Source of the DNA: Octopus sinensis
Taxonomy: Eukaryota
Length of the DNA: 19,814 nt
Direction of reading: 5' to 3'
Assembly: GCF_006345805.1 (NCBI RefSeq)
Contig: NW_021824124.1
Coordinates: 1 to 19,814 of the forward strand
Position numbers and translations under genes: made by a program. The notes beneath the pieces were generated by a model. The model had not been told where the DNA came from, made no database searches, and worked only from the letters and a program-made list of their open reading frames with translations. Positions 1-10,945 of this stretch are shown here, piece after piece (position 1 is the first letter of the stretch; the number at the start of each line of letters is the position of its first letter).

Positions 1-103
1 CAGAGAGAGAGATAAAGAGACAGATATACAGATAGATAGATAGGTAGATAGACAGCTGGACAGATAGATATAGAGAGAGAGACAGACAGTAAGATAGATA
101 GAG

Positions 104-134
<31 letters not shown>

Positions 135-263
135 TAGACAGACAGACATTTAGACAGTCAGATAGATAGATAGATAGATAGAAAGACAGACAGACAGATA
201 GACATATAGACAGACAGAGAGGCAGCCAGCCAGCCAAACAGACAGATAGATAGATAGATAGAT
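1..263. repeat. (GATA/GACA)n compound microsatellite
   Basis: Directly visible degenerate tetranucleotide repeat. Confidence 0.95.
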
Positions 264-432
264 AAGTTTCTTTATTGGTCACACAGGGCTGCACACAGAT
301 GAGACAAGTTACAAGGTAGAGCTTTTCTTTTGGGGGATGAAAAATCAAAAAACAAAAGAAACAAAAAAAAGGGGGTGGCGTAGGTTTTCGATCAAGAAGG
401 ATCGTAAAAGGGAAGAAAAGAACAAAAAAAAA
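264..432 (-). mobile_element. Short non-LTR retroelement 3' end with (TATC)n tail, copy A
   Basis: Reverse complement of 3955-4103 apart from one internal indel. On - it ends CCAATAAAGAAACT followed by (TATC)n, i.e. a poly(A)-like signal plus a tandem-repeat tail. Confidence 0.7.
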
Positions 433-460
433 TTTTAAAATAAAAAAAATATTTTAAAAA

Positions 461-491
<31 letters not shown>

Positions 492-699
492 GCATATATA
501 TAATCTGACACAGAAACTCAGAAGTGCAAGTACCTCTCGCTCATTACCTGTTGCATAAACATTTTCTGGCTCCTTACAAACAGAAGGCAATCAAACACAA
601 TACTTCATTATCAAAGAGTTCATAATAACGTCTTTCGCTATTGTCTTGTTTGTTTCCTGCTTATGTACCATTCTTTCACAATCACATTCTCGTTCCCTC

Positions 700-700
700 T

Positions 701-734
<34 letters not shown>

Positions 735-863
735 CCACCAACCTCACCAGCACCAATAACAACAACCCAATCATCGTCCTCATCATCATCATCATCATCT
801 TTATCACCGTGAAATCCAATATCAATATCATTTGACATTGTCATCGTTATCCTCAGCATCATT

Positions 864-912
<49 letters not shown>

Positions 913-1010
913 CCATCACCAAAACCAATACCAACATCTCCACCATTACTACCACCACTGCCTCCACTAGTACCACTACCACTGCTGCCACCACCACCAC
1001 CACCACCAAT
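700..1010. repeat. (CAT)n/(CCA)n trinucleotide low-complexity tract
   Basis: Visible repeats; source of the poly-D/G/S/M pseudo-ORFs. Confidence 0.9.
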
Positions 1011-1121
1011 ACCATTCTCATTATTTCCGATGGCATACACATACAAACGTACATACACACACACTCACAAACATACATACATACATACATGCATACATAC
1101 ATACATGCATGCATACATACA

Positions 1122-1153
<32 letters not shown>

Positions 1154-1177
1154 CATACATACATGCATGCATACATA

Positions 1178-1324
1178 CATAGAAGACTACAGATCTAAGC
1201 CATTACTGGAATTGTAAAAATCTGTAAAACTTTCCAGAAGTTTATCATTTATGTATATATGAGCATGTCTAGACATGCAACAATATGCATGAGAATATAT
1301 GCATAAAACGAAACATACAAATCT
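1178..1324 (+). repeat. ~146-bp direct repeat, copy 1, flanked by (TACA)n
   Basis: CATAGAAGACTACAGATC...AAACATACAAATCT aligns with 1951-2096. Confidence 0.9.
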
Positions 1325-1392
1325 TTATATATACATACACAAACACACACACACACACATGCATACATACATACATACATACATACATATAA

Positions 1393-1740
1393 TGGCCGCT
1401 GACTGGCACATGTGCCAGTGACACATGAAAAACAACACTTGAGCGCGTCATTTCCAATGGCGCCAGACCGGCTCCTGTAAAGGTGACATGCAAAAAGCAC
1501 CTTTTGAGCATGGTTGTTGCCAATTCTGCCTGACTGGCCCTCGTGCCAGTAACACGTAAAAGCACCTACTACATTCTCGGAGTGGTTGGTGTTAGGAAGG
1601 GCATCCAGCTGTAGATACTTTGCCAGATCAGATTGGAGCCTGGTGCAGCCATCTGGCTCGCCAGTTTTCAGTCAAACCGTCCAACCCATGCCAGCATGTA
1701 AAGCAGACGTTAAATGACAATGATGATGATAATGATGATG
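1393..1740 (+). mobile_element. 3' end of an RTE-like LINE/SINE with (GAT)n tail
   Basis: GGAGTGGTTGGTGTTAGGAAGGGCATCCAGCTGTAG...CCAACCCATGCCAGCATG...GACGTTAAATGA followed by a (GAT)n tail; preceded by three degenerate ~66-bp subrepeats starting at 1401, 1466 and 1532. Family assignment is from recall. Confidence 0.7.
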
Positions 1741-1908
1741 GTAACCTGTTGATGTTGAAATTCCAATGAAGGAGCCTTGGATCTTGGTTAGAAAGCAGCT
1801 CTTTCTTTATTGTCAAGAAATCCTGAAATAAACTGAATAATGACATGCATACATACATACATACATACATCAAACATGCATACATACATGCATGCATACA
1901 TACATACA

Positions 1909-1942
<34 letters not shown>

Positions 1943-1950
1943 CATACGTA

Positions 1951-2096
1951 CATAGAAGACTACAGATCCAATCCATCACAGGAACTGTAAAAATCTGTAA
2001 AACTTTCTAGAGGTTTATCATTTAAATATATATGAGTATGTCTAGATATGTAACTATATGCATGAGAATACATACATAAAGCTAAACATACAAATC
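1951..2096 (+). repeat. ~146-bp direct repeat, copy 2, flanked by (TACA)n
   Basis: Aligns with 1178-1324, with scattered substitutions. Confidence 0.9.
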
Positions 2097-2188
2097 TGCA
2101 CATACATACATACATACATACATACATACATACATACATACATACATACATACATACATACATACATACATACATACATACAAAAATA

Positions 2189-2402
2189 ACCTGTTGATAT
2201 CCTCCATCATCATCACTACAAAAATTGGAGACTGTTTTCACTGACGAATGGATAAAAATTCCTCCAGAAACCATTCAAACTTTGTACGAGTCCATCCCTT
2301 GTAGAATTCAAGCTGTAATTACTGCCAAAATTGTTCATACCCCATATTAAAATTAATTTGTTTGAAATTTTAAGGTGTTTCCATTATTTTGTCCAACCCC
2401 TA
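2189..2402 (+). mobile_element. Tc1-like transposon 3' remnant (transposase C-terminus + TIR)
   Basis: 2198-2350 translates as YPPSSSLQKLETVFTDEWIKIPPETIQTLYESIPCRIQAVITAKIVHTPY*, matching the Tc1 C-terminal pattern EW..IP.E.I..L..S.P.R..AVI.AKG..T.Y. Ends in TIR-like TTATTTTGTCCAACCCC abutting (TA)n. Confidence 0.85.
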
Positions 2403-2449
2403 TATATATAAATTTACATATGGTTCAGTTGACACTCCTGTGTAAGGAG

Positions 2450-2660
2450 AACAGGGTCGGTTTCCCATTTTCTCTGGTGTATATACTCCTCTCTGGATGG
2501 AATACAGACCTCTCACTTGAGTACTCAGTTTTCCCAGCTCAGTGGACTGGACCAATGGGAAATGAAGGGTTTTGTTCAAGAATGCAATGCATTGCCTGGT
2601 CCAGGAATCAAAACTACAGTTATGAGGTCCATCACACTAACCAGAAAATCATGTGTCTCT
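2450..2660 (-). mobile_element. Degenerate tRNA-derived SINE
   Basis: On -: B-box-like GTTTTGATTCCTGGACC, then TTCTTGAACAAAACCCTTCATTTC...TCCAGTCCACTGAGCTGG, which resembles a SINE core-domain pattern. Confidence 0.6.
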
Positions 2661-2723
2661 AGTTTATATAAATATCTGTCTACCTATCTTCCTAAATGTA
2701 TATAGGTATACACACACACACAC

Positions 2724-2785
<62 letters not shown>

Positions 2786-3163
2786 GCACACACACACATA
2801 CACACAGATATATATATAGGGAAAGTTTACAAATGTTGATCCTGTCATTTCTTACCACACACAAACTTCTCCACTGGACTCTCTATCTACCCTTTACGAA
2901 TTCTCGTTTTGATATTTACCCTCCGGCTGCACCTCTCCTACATACGGATCACTGTGGACTCTACTACTACTATATATATATATATATATATATATAACAT
3001 ACATATAAGAGGGATGACCACTAAGTGGACATCCATTATGCTAGAAGTCGACTTACTATGGTTTTACCACTAAGAAAGGAATGTTCTCAAGAAAATTTAG
3101 CAAACGCCAAATCGTAAGAGAGAAAGACAAATGAAAAGATACAAAATATACAGATTAATCACA

Positions 3164-3575
3164 AACCAAATGATAACAAAGGTGGTCTGCTGTGAGCAGC
3201 TTGTGCGGCTTAAGTTAGCACTAGAAGAAAAATGACCACTTTTGGTTTCAAGATGAAAGGTGTTCTTTCATCGGGACGATGCTCAGCCACATTCAGTGAG
3301 AATGACATTCCAAAGGCTGAAGCAATTTGAATGGGATACGATGCCCCACCATAATTTGCTGGACATTGCCCCATCCAATTATCAGCAGTCTGAATGATAA
3401 AAATATGAATTCTGTGGCCAAGTGAATTTTGGAAGAGGGGCCTTGCAAGTCTACCAGATAGATAGAAGAACATTGTAGAAAATGAAGGAGAATATATTTT
3501 AGATTAAAAAAGAACTTTGTTTATCTTAATTAAAAAAGTATTGAAAAATTACATTATTTATGCGTTGACCCAATA
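3164..3575 (+). mobile_element. mariner (DD34D-type) transposon 3' remnant
   Basis: Translates NQMITKVVCCEQLVRLKLALEEK*PLLVSR*KVFFHRDDAQPHSVRMTFQRLKQFEWDTMPHHNLLDIAPSNY (decayed HDNARPH and YSPDLAPSDY motifs), then after a deletion/frameshift SEFWKRGLASLPDR*KNIVENEGEYILD*. Mariner-like TIR at 3544-3573 followed by TA. Confidence 0.88.
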
Positions 3576-3849
3576 TATATATATATATATATATTAACAT
3601 ATACAAGGTGTTTTTGTCAGGGTGGCTCAAATTAATAGGTATGCACTTTGAGTGCTCAATTGGGTATGCCACTAAATTCCTGTTGAACTGCAGTTAAACG
3701 TGATTTCCTGACTGTCTTTCTAAAGTGGCTAGAAGTGGCTTCCTCTTGAGCAGGTAGGTATACACATTTTTATGATATAACTGAATTCAATGACCTTGTC
3801 AAGTTGTGCCAAACTGCTTGCCTCTTCTCATCTGTATTTTAACCTATAT

Positions 3850-3858
3850 CTATATTAA

Positions 3859-3954
<96 letters not shown>
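3850..3954. repeat. (TATC)n microsatellite
   Basis: Near-perfect tetranucleotide array. Confidence 0.95.
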
Positions 3955-3957
<3 letters not shown>

Positions 3958-4103
3958 TTTTTTGTTCTTTTCTTCCCTTTTACGATCCCTCTTGATCGAA
4001 AACCTACGCCACCCCCCCTTTTTTTTCTTTTGTTTTTTTGGTCTTTTTTGGTCTTGTAACTTGTCCCATCTGTGTGCAGCCCTGTGTGGCCAATAAAGAA
4101 ACT
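3955..4103 (+). mobile_element. Short non-LTR retroelement 3' end with (TATC)n tail, copy B
   Basis: Inverted copy of 264-432; ends CCAATAAAGAAACT followed by (TATC)n. Confidence 0.7.
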
Positions 4104-4161
4104 TATCTATCTATCTATCTATCTATTTATCCATGTATATATATGAAGAGAGAGCGATAAG

Positions 4162-4237
<76 letters not shown>

Positions 4238-4239
4238 CT

Positions 4240-4399
4240 AAGTTTATGTCAAAGTTCCTACATGTGTCTTGCCATTATGGTTGTTTGCAGCACTGCAGTA
4301 GAGGTTCCAAATGCATGTAAGATGCTGGGCCATAATGGATCCGCAGGGCTTCAAACAACATTAATGATGAAACGCATGTAGGAACTTTAATAAAAACTT
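4240..4399. repeat. Imperfect fold-back element with 59-bp arms
   Basis: 4240-4298 vs the reverse complement of 4341-4399: 46/59 identical by manual ungapped alignment, including AAAGTTCCTACATG/CATGTAGGAACTTT. Confidence 0.85.
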
Positions 4400-4404
4400 G
4401 TGTC

Positions 4405-4700
4405 TATCCTTCCTTCCTTCCTTCCTTCTGCTCCTCCTCCTCCTCCTCCTCCTATTCTTCTTCTTCCTTTTCTTCTCTTCTTTTTCTTTTTCTTCTTCTT
4501 ATTCTCCTCCTCTTCTACTTCTTTTCCTCCCCCCTCTACTTCTTTTCCTCCTCTTCTTCTTCCTTCCTTCCCTTCTTTTTCTCCTTCTTCTTCTTCTTCT
4601 TCTTCTTCTTCTACTTCTTCATCCTCTTCCTCTTCCTCTTTCGTCACCTCCCCTCTTCCCCCTTCCTTCCCTTCCCCCTCCCTCCCTCCCTCCTCCTCAT
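4405..4700. repeat. Polypyrimidine (CCT/CTT)n tract
   Basis: Visible in the sequence. Confidence 0.9.
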
Positions 4701-4904
4701 CATTCACCTCTTCCCACACCCACCTCACTAGCAAGCCAATTTTTATGGCAAGAGCTTACTGCACAGTCAACAGAGACAGCAGCAAATGATGGTCTTCAGG
4801 CGACTTGATTAGTGAGCAGAATCAATTCTGATGAACTCAGTTTCAATTTACTAGTATGGAAATCTGGCTTCACTTATTCTACATAGACATACATACATAC
4901 ATTT

Positions 4905-4925
4905 TACATACATATATATATAATA

Positions 4926-4981
<56 letters not shown>

Positions 4982-5054
4982 ATATATATATATAATATAT
5001 ATATATATATACATATAAATATATATATATATATATATACATATTATAATATAT

Positions 5055-5122
<68 letters not shown>

Positions 5123-5136
5123 CATATATATATATA
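4905..5136. repeat. (TA)n microsatellite
   Basis: Visible in the sequence. Confidence 0.95.
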
Positions 5137-5824
5137 AACATGTGTGTGTGCATAACTGTCACTGCTGCTTTTCTTTCTTCCCTTTTTTAATGCCCCTCGG
5201 GGTGTGGGGAAGGCGAGGATAAATGTATTAATGTTACAACCTCCCCTTCCCCCTCCACTTCCAAATCCACCCCCCCCCCCCGCCAACACCCCACTCCTAC
5301 CCAGCTTCTTTCTCTCTCTGCTCCTGCCTGAGCAAAATTTTATATCTCTAAGGCTTCGTGCCTAATTAAGAAAATTCCTTTTTCTTTTAATATTTGCTTT
5401 TTCGTTTGTTTTGTTTTGTTTTGTTTTGTTTTGTTTACTCATTTATTCATTTGTATATTTGTTTTTTTTTTTATTGTTATATGCATTTGTTAATTTTTAT
5501 CTCTCCCCCCCCATCCACCACCACCACCACCACCACTACACCTGATCCAATGTGTTTCTCTGCTCTTTCCTTCTTTGCAATGCCACTCCAAGGAACACCC
5601 TAAGACACCACCACAACCACCTGCCTGCCTCCCTGCCCAGAATATTACATGTGCAAAACCATTAAAGGCAAGATTTTGGAACAAACTCTGGAGCTGGAAT
5701 CGCAAACAAAAACTTATCTGGTCAACCGAAATTTCTAACCAAATCTCTTTCTATCTTAACCAAATATCTTATTGCTAAACATTCATTAGAAGATTTCGCT
5801 CATCAACTCATTTCAACTCACTCG

Positions 5825-7320
5825 CTTCATCACCATCGCCATAGCCGCCATCACCATCATCGCCAGTGCCACCGCTGCCATTGCCGACATCATTGCCACC
5901 ACCATCACCACCGATGCCGCCACTACCACCATCACCACCACTATCGCCACCACCATGTTTCATCATCTCCACCACAATCACACCTTCCAACACCACCACC
6001 ATCGCCACCAAGAACCACCACCACCACCACCAATACCATCATCGCCTCCACCACCATCGCCACCACCACCATCGTACCATTGCCATCCCCACCATCACCA
6101 ATGCCACCATCACCAACATCACCATCACCAGCATCACCATCATCAGCACCACCATCACCAGCGCCTCAACCATCATCACCACCACTATCGCCACCACCAC
6201 GTTTCATCATCTCCACCACAATCACACCTTCCAACACCACCACCATCGCCACCAAGAACCACCACCACCACCACCAATACCATCATCGCCTCCACCACCA
6301 TCGCCACCACCACCATCGTACCATTGCCATCCCCACCATCACCAATGCCACATCACCAACACCACCATCACCAGCATCACCATCATCAGCACCACCATCA
6401 CCAGCGCCTCAACCATCATCACCACCACTATCGCCACCACCACGTTTCATCATCTCCACCACAATCACACCTTCCAACACCACCACCACCATCGCCATCA
6501 AGAACCACCACCACCACCACCACCATCATCGCCACTGCCATCCCCACCACTGCAGACATTGCCGCCACCACCATCACCACCACAACCACCACTATCAGCA
6601 CCATTGCCATCGTCACCATCACCAACGCCACCATCACCAACGCCACCATCACCAGCGCCACCATCACCAGCGCCTCAACCACCAGCGCCACCTTCAGCAC
6701 CATCAGCAGCAGCAACAACAACAACATCGGCAACAATAACAACAGCAGTTCTATAAACATAATAATGGCCAATGCCATTGACACCAACTCCGCCGCTGTC
6801 CCCACCGCCATCACCTCCAACACCACTATCACCATCAACGCTCCCCCACCACCACCACCACCATCAATAATACCAGCATCTCCTCCATCATCACCACCAG
6901 CAATAAGAAAAACAAAACCACTGATCACTGCTGCCGCTGACGCCACCAACCCAACCAAGGCCACCACAAACAAAATGGCAACTACCACTACCGCCAACAC
7001 AACCAACATCCTACCACCACCACCACCACCACCACAGCCACCACCACTAAGACACCAGCAAAAAGAACAAAAACCAGCACAACCATCAGGAACAACAACT
7101 ACATAATGACCACCACCACCAACAACAACAACAACGACCACCACAGGGCCACCACTTAGCAACAACAACAAACACATGACTATCATCACTACCATCATCA
7201 CCACCACCAGAACCTCCACCACCACCACCACCACCGTCGCCTTTCACCATCTCCACCACAGCCACCATCACCATCACCATCATCACCACCATCTCCACCA
7301 CCATCATCACCACCGCCATG
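5825..7320. repeat. Cryptic (CCA/CAT/CAA)n tract containing a ~244-bp tandem repeat (about 2.4 units, 5933-6530)
   Basis: Marker GTTTCATCATCTCCACCACAATCACACCTTCC starts at 5957, 6201 and 6444 (periods 244 and 243). Confidence 0.9.
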
Positions 7321-7799
7321 TCCACTTAGAGAGCTTCTTCCCCCTTCTTCACCCCCACTCCCACCTCCATACATCTTACTCTTGCTCCAGCATCTTTTAC
7401 CAGACTTCTAATCTTCTTTCTCTCTCTCTCTCTCTCTCTCTGTCTTTTCTCTCTCTCTCTCTGTCTCTTTCTGTTTCTCTCTCTGTCTCTGTCTCTCTTT
7501 TCCATTCATTAATTCATTCATTTCTTCTTCCTCGTCTTCCTTTCCTTCTTTCTTGATGTTTTTCCTATAAGAGAAAGGAACAGTTTGGAGTTGACCTTTG
7601 ACACATAATTTCCCCCTCCCACAAACCTCACCTTCCCTTCTTCCACCAGACATCCTCCTCTTCTCCTCCCTCCCTCCCTCCTTCCCTCTCTCCTTCCCTC
7701 CCACCGCCTCCAATATACATACAAAAGTCTCCACACTTGAAAAGCATTAATTTAAAAGCTGGGATAGTGACACAAATTGCTTATTGTAAAGGCAACGAG

Positions 7800-9030
7800 C
7801 TGCTGATGCTGATGACGATGATGATGCTGATAATGATGCTGCTGCTACTGATGAGGATGATGCTGATGACGATGATGATGATGATAGTAAAGATAGTGAA
7901 GATAGTGATGATGATGATGATGATGTTATTGTCCATGTTCTTGATGCTCTTGTTGTTGCTGCTGTTAGTGGTTGTGGTGGTGGTGGTGGTGGTGGTGGTG
8001 GTAGTGGTGGTCGTGGTGATAGTGGCAGTGGTGGCATCGATGGTGGTGTGGTGGTGGTTATGGTGATGATGAGGATGAGGATGATGAAGACAATGATGAT
8101 GATGGCGGTGTTGCTATTATTGTTGTTAATGATAGTGGTAAGAGTGGTGGTGATAGTGATGGTGGTGGTGATGGTGATGGTGGTGATGGTGATGGTGGCG
8201 ATGGTGGTGGTGGTGGTGATAGTGATGGTGGTGATAGTGATGGTGGCGATGGTGGTGGTGGTGGTGGTGGTGGTGGTGAGAGTGATGGTGGCGATGGTGG
8301 TGGTGATGGTGGCAGTGGTACCAGCGATGGTGGTGGTGGTGATGGTAGTGGTGGTGGTGACTGTAGTGGTGGTAGTGACTGTAGTGGTGGCAACAATAGT
8401 GGTGGTGGTGGTGGTGGTGTTGATGGTAGTGTTGGCAGTGGTGGTTGCTTCGTTGGTGTTGCTGCTGTCATCATTGTTGATGCTGTTAATGGTGTTTAAG
8501 GGGGGGGGAGGTCTATCTAGTGTTGGTAGGAGTGGTGGCAGTGGTGGCAATGCTAACGGTGGTGGTGATGATTGCACTAATGGTGTCGGCCCTGGTGGCA
8601 TGTGTTGGGGGATGGTATGGTATTGCTGTTGTTGTTGTTAATGGTGAAGTTGATGGTGGTGGTGGGGATGTCATTGGTGTTGCTCCTGTTAGTGATGGGA
8701 GTAAAGATAATGGTAGAGATGGTGTTGCTGTTGTTATTGGTTTTGTCAGTGGCCATGGTGGTAGCAGCAATGGCAGTATTTGTGGTAGTAGTAGTAGCGG
8801 TACTAACATTAGCAGTGATTGTGGTAATGGTCATGGTGATGGTCATGGTGATGGTAGTGTTGATGATGGTGATGCTGGTTGTACAGCTATAGGCTATAGA
8901 GGCTGAGGCTGTGGTGCCACAAGAGGGGGGGTTAATGGTGGAGGTGGTGGTGATGGTAGTGGTGGTGGTGGTGGTGGTGGTGGTGGTGGTGGTGGTGGTG
9001 ATGATGGTGGTGGTGGTGGTGGTGGTTATG
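7800..9030. repeat. Cryptic (GAT/GGT)n tract
   Basis: Visible; opposite polarity to 5825-7320. Confidence 0.9.
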
Positions 9031-9245
9031 GTACTACTAAAGCTGTGATTGTATTCAAAGTCATTGTTGTGGCATTAATCAATTGTAGTGTTGTTGTTTA
9101 ACCCAAGGTCAGTACTAAGTGATCAAAACTAATCCAGCCATGAACTGTAATCATCCCAGGAATATGGACTATGTTGTTAAGAGAGGTGTGATTTGTGGAA
9201 ACACTCATAGCAATGTATCAAAATATTCATAAATTCCATGAAAGG

Positions 9246-9307
<62 letters not shown>

Positions 9308-9309
<2 letters not shown>

Positions 9310-9460
9310 GTTTGACTTTTGCTTTATATTTGTACAAGTTGGCTCCAAGTCTCACCCGGAGACCTCAAGAGACAACAGGTTGGAAGTCCACGTTGTTGTT
9401 ATGCCTAGTGTGCCATATATTTGTTTGTTTTTTGTGTTGTACTGGTGGATGTCTAAAAAA
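9308..9460 (-). mobile_element. Probable 3' end of an R4/Dong-like LINE within (TAA)n
   Basis: Complex segment with (ATT)n on both sides (9246-9307 and ~9473-9515). On - it ends GAGGTCTCCGGGTGAGACTTGG...AAAAGTCAAACAT then (AAT)n. The clade is inferred from the known TAA-repeat targeting of Dong. Confidence 0.5.
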
Positions 9461-9472
9461 AATATATATATA

Positions 9473-9509
<37 letters not shown>

Positions 9510-9591
9510 TATTACTATATATCTATCTATCTATATATATATGATATATACGATATACACATAAATGTATAAATATATATGTATGTATGCG

Positions 9592-9629
<38 letters not shown>

Positions 9630-9671
9630 GAAAGTAGAGAGAGAGAGAGAGTGAGAGAGAGAGAGATAATA

Positions 9672-9722
<51 letters not shown>

Positions 9723-9723
9723 C

Positions 9724-10152
9724 ATGATGGGTTTCTTTGAGATTCTGTCTACCAAATCTACTCATAATTACTCTACTGAACTGAAAGAAGCCTGTCGTAT
9801 ATATTTATATATATATGTATATGTGCATGTGTGTGTGTTTGTGTGTGTGTGTTTGTCCCCCTAGCATTGCTGGTATCTTTACGTCCCCGTCACTTAGCGG
9901 TTCGGCAAAAGAGACTGATAGAATAAGTACTGGGCTTACAAAGAATAAGTCCCGGGGTTGATTTGCTCGACTAAAGGTGGTGCTCCAGCATGGCTGCAGT
10001 CAAATGACTGAAACAAGTAAAAGAGTAAAAGAGTATAATGCTTTGGTTGGCCCAAGGCTATAGTAGAAGACATTTGTCCAAGATCCCATGCAGTGGAACT
10101 GAGCCTGGAACCATGTGGTTGTGAAGCAAATGTCTTACCACTCAGCCACGCT
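9724..10152 (-). mobile_element. 5' part of the major tRNA-derived SINE, split by a nested insertion
   Basis: 9724-9768 and 10035-10152 join into one sequence collinear with 12036-12198; A-box/B-box-like head GTGGCTGAGTGGTAAG...GGCTCAGTTCC on -. Confidence 0.8.
9769..10034 (+). mobile_element. 5'-truncated copy of the major SINE with an (AAAAGAGT)-like tail
   Basis: Reverse complement matches 11300-11500; flanked by an ATAAT direct repeat (9764-9768, 10035-10039). Confidence 0.85.
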
Positions 10153-10309
10153 TCTTTCTGACTATAACGTCCAACATGTCTTGTTTTCTCAAAGGAAGTA
10201 GGAATAGAAATTCGAGAGCAGTTTCGCTTCTATTTCTAGCAGGTAGAGTAATCTCATAAAAATATCTCATCCGGGAGTAATTGGAACTTGTAGATGTAGA
10301 GGTGACTGA

Positions 10310-10945
10310 AAATAATGGTGTTGGTTGTAGTTGTGATGGTGATGGTAGTGTTGACAATGGGAAAGGTGACTTAAAATGATGGTACTGCCTGCAGCATTGG
10401 TGTTGTTTGTAGTAGTGGAGGAGGTAGCTGCAACAAATGGTGATATTGAAAGTTGCATTGGTGCTAGTGGTATTGGCGGGGTCGTGGTGGTGGTGGTGAT
10501 GTTCGATAAAGTTTTGGAAGAAATCGAGATAATATTGGGAATGGGAATAATAATGGTTCTGATGGTGGAGGTGGCAGTGGGGTTGTTGTAGCGGTTGTAT
10601 TGGTGGTGGTGCATGTGGTGGTTATGGTAGTGGTGGTTGTGATGGTGGTGGTAATTGTGGCAGTGATGGTGATAGTAGTGAGGGTTGTGGTGGTTGTGAT
10701 AGTGGTGGTATGTGCGTTAGTGGTGGTGATAGTCGTGGTGGTTGTTGTGGTGGAGGTTGTGGTGGTGGTGTGTTTGCGGTGGTTGTAGTAATAATGGTTG
10801 TTGTTGTGGTGGTGGTTGTGATAGTTGTGATAGTGGTGCTGGTAGTGGTGGTTATGTCGGTGGCAATGGCAGTGATGTTAATAGTGGTTGTTGTTGTTGT
10901 TGTTGTGGTGGTGGTGGTGGTGGTGGAGGTGGTGGTGGTGGTAGG
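10310..10945. repeat. Cryptic (GGT/GTT)n tract
   Basis: Visible in the sequence. Confidence 0.9.

Noticed and set aside
548-572. Possible 25-nt minus-strand microexon (AG...CAG/GTAATG)
   Set aside because: Splice-like motifs alone arise frequently by chance; the length is not a multiple of 3.
2820-3160. Two (TA)n-bounded complex blocks, possibly further PLE fragments
   Set aside because: No ribozyme core, TIR, ORF or second copy visible in the window; cannot be classified.
3601-3840. Possible Tc1-like 5' end (CAGGGTGGCTCAAATT)
   Set aside because: No partner TIR or transposase similarity seen.
4785-4834. C/D-box snoRNA-like or hammerhead-like motifs (ATGATG...CTGATGA)
   Set aside because: Imperfect C box, too short, and no supporting stems.
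5866-7234. Long ORFs (219-383 aa) rich in His/Pro/Thr/Val
   Set aside because: Open in several frames and on both strands because CCA-type repeats lack stops; the tandem unit changes frame; no domain is recognisable.
7737-8906. Poly-Val/Met/Thr/Gly ORFs
   Set aside because: Translations of (GGT/GAT)n low-complexity sequence.
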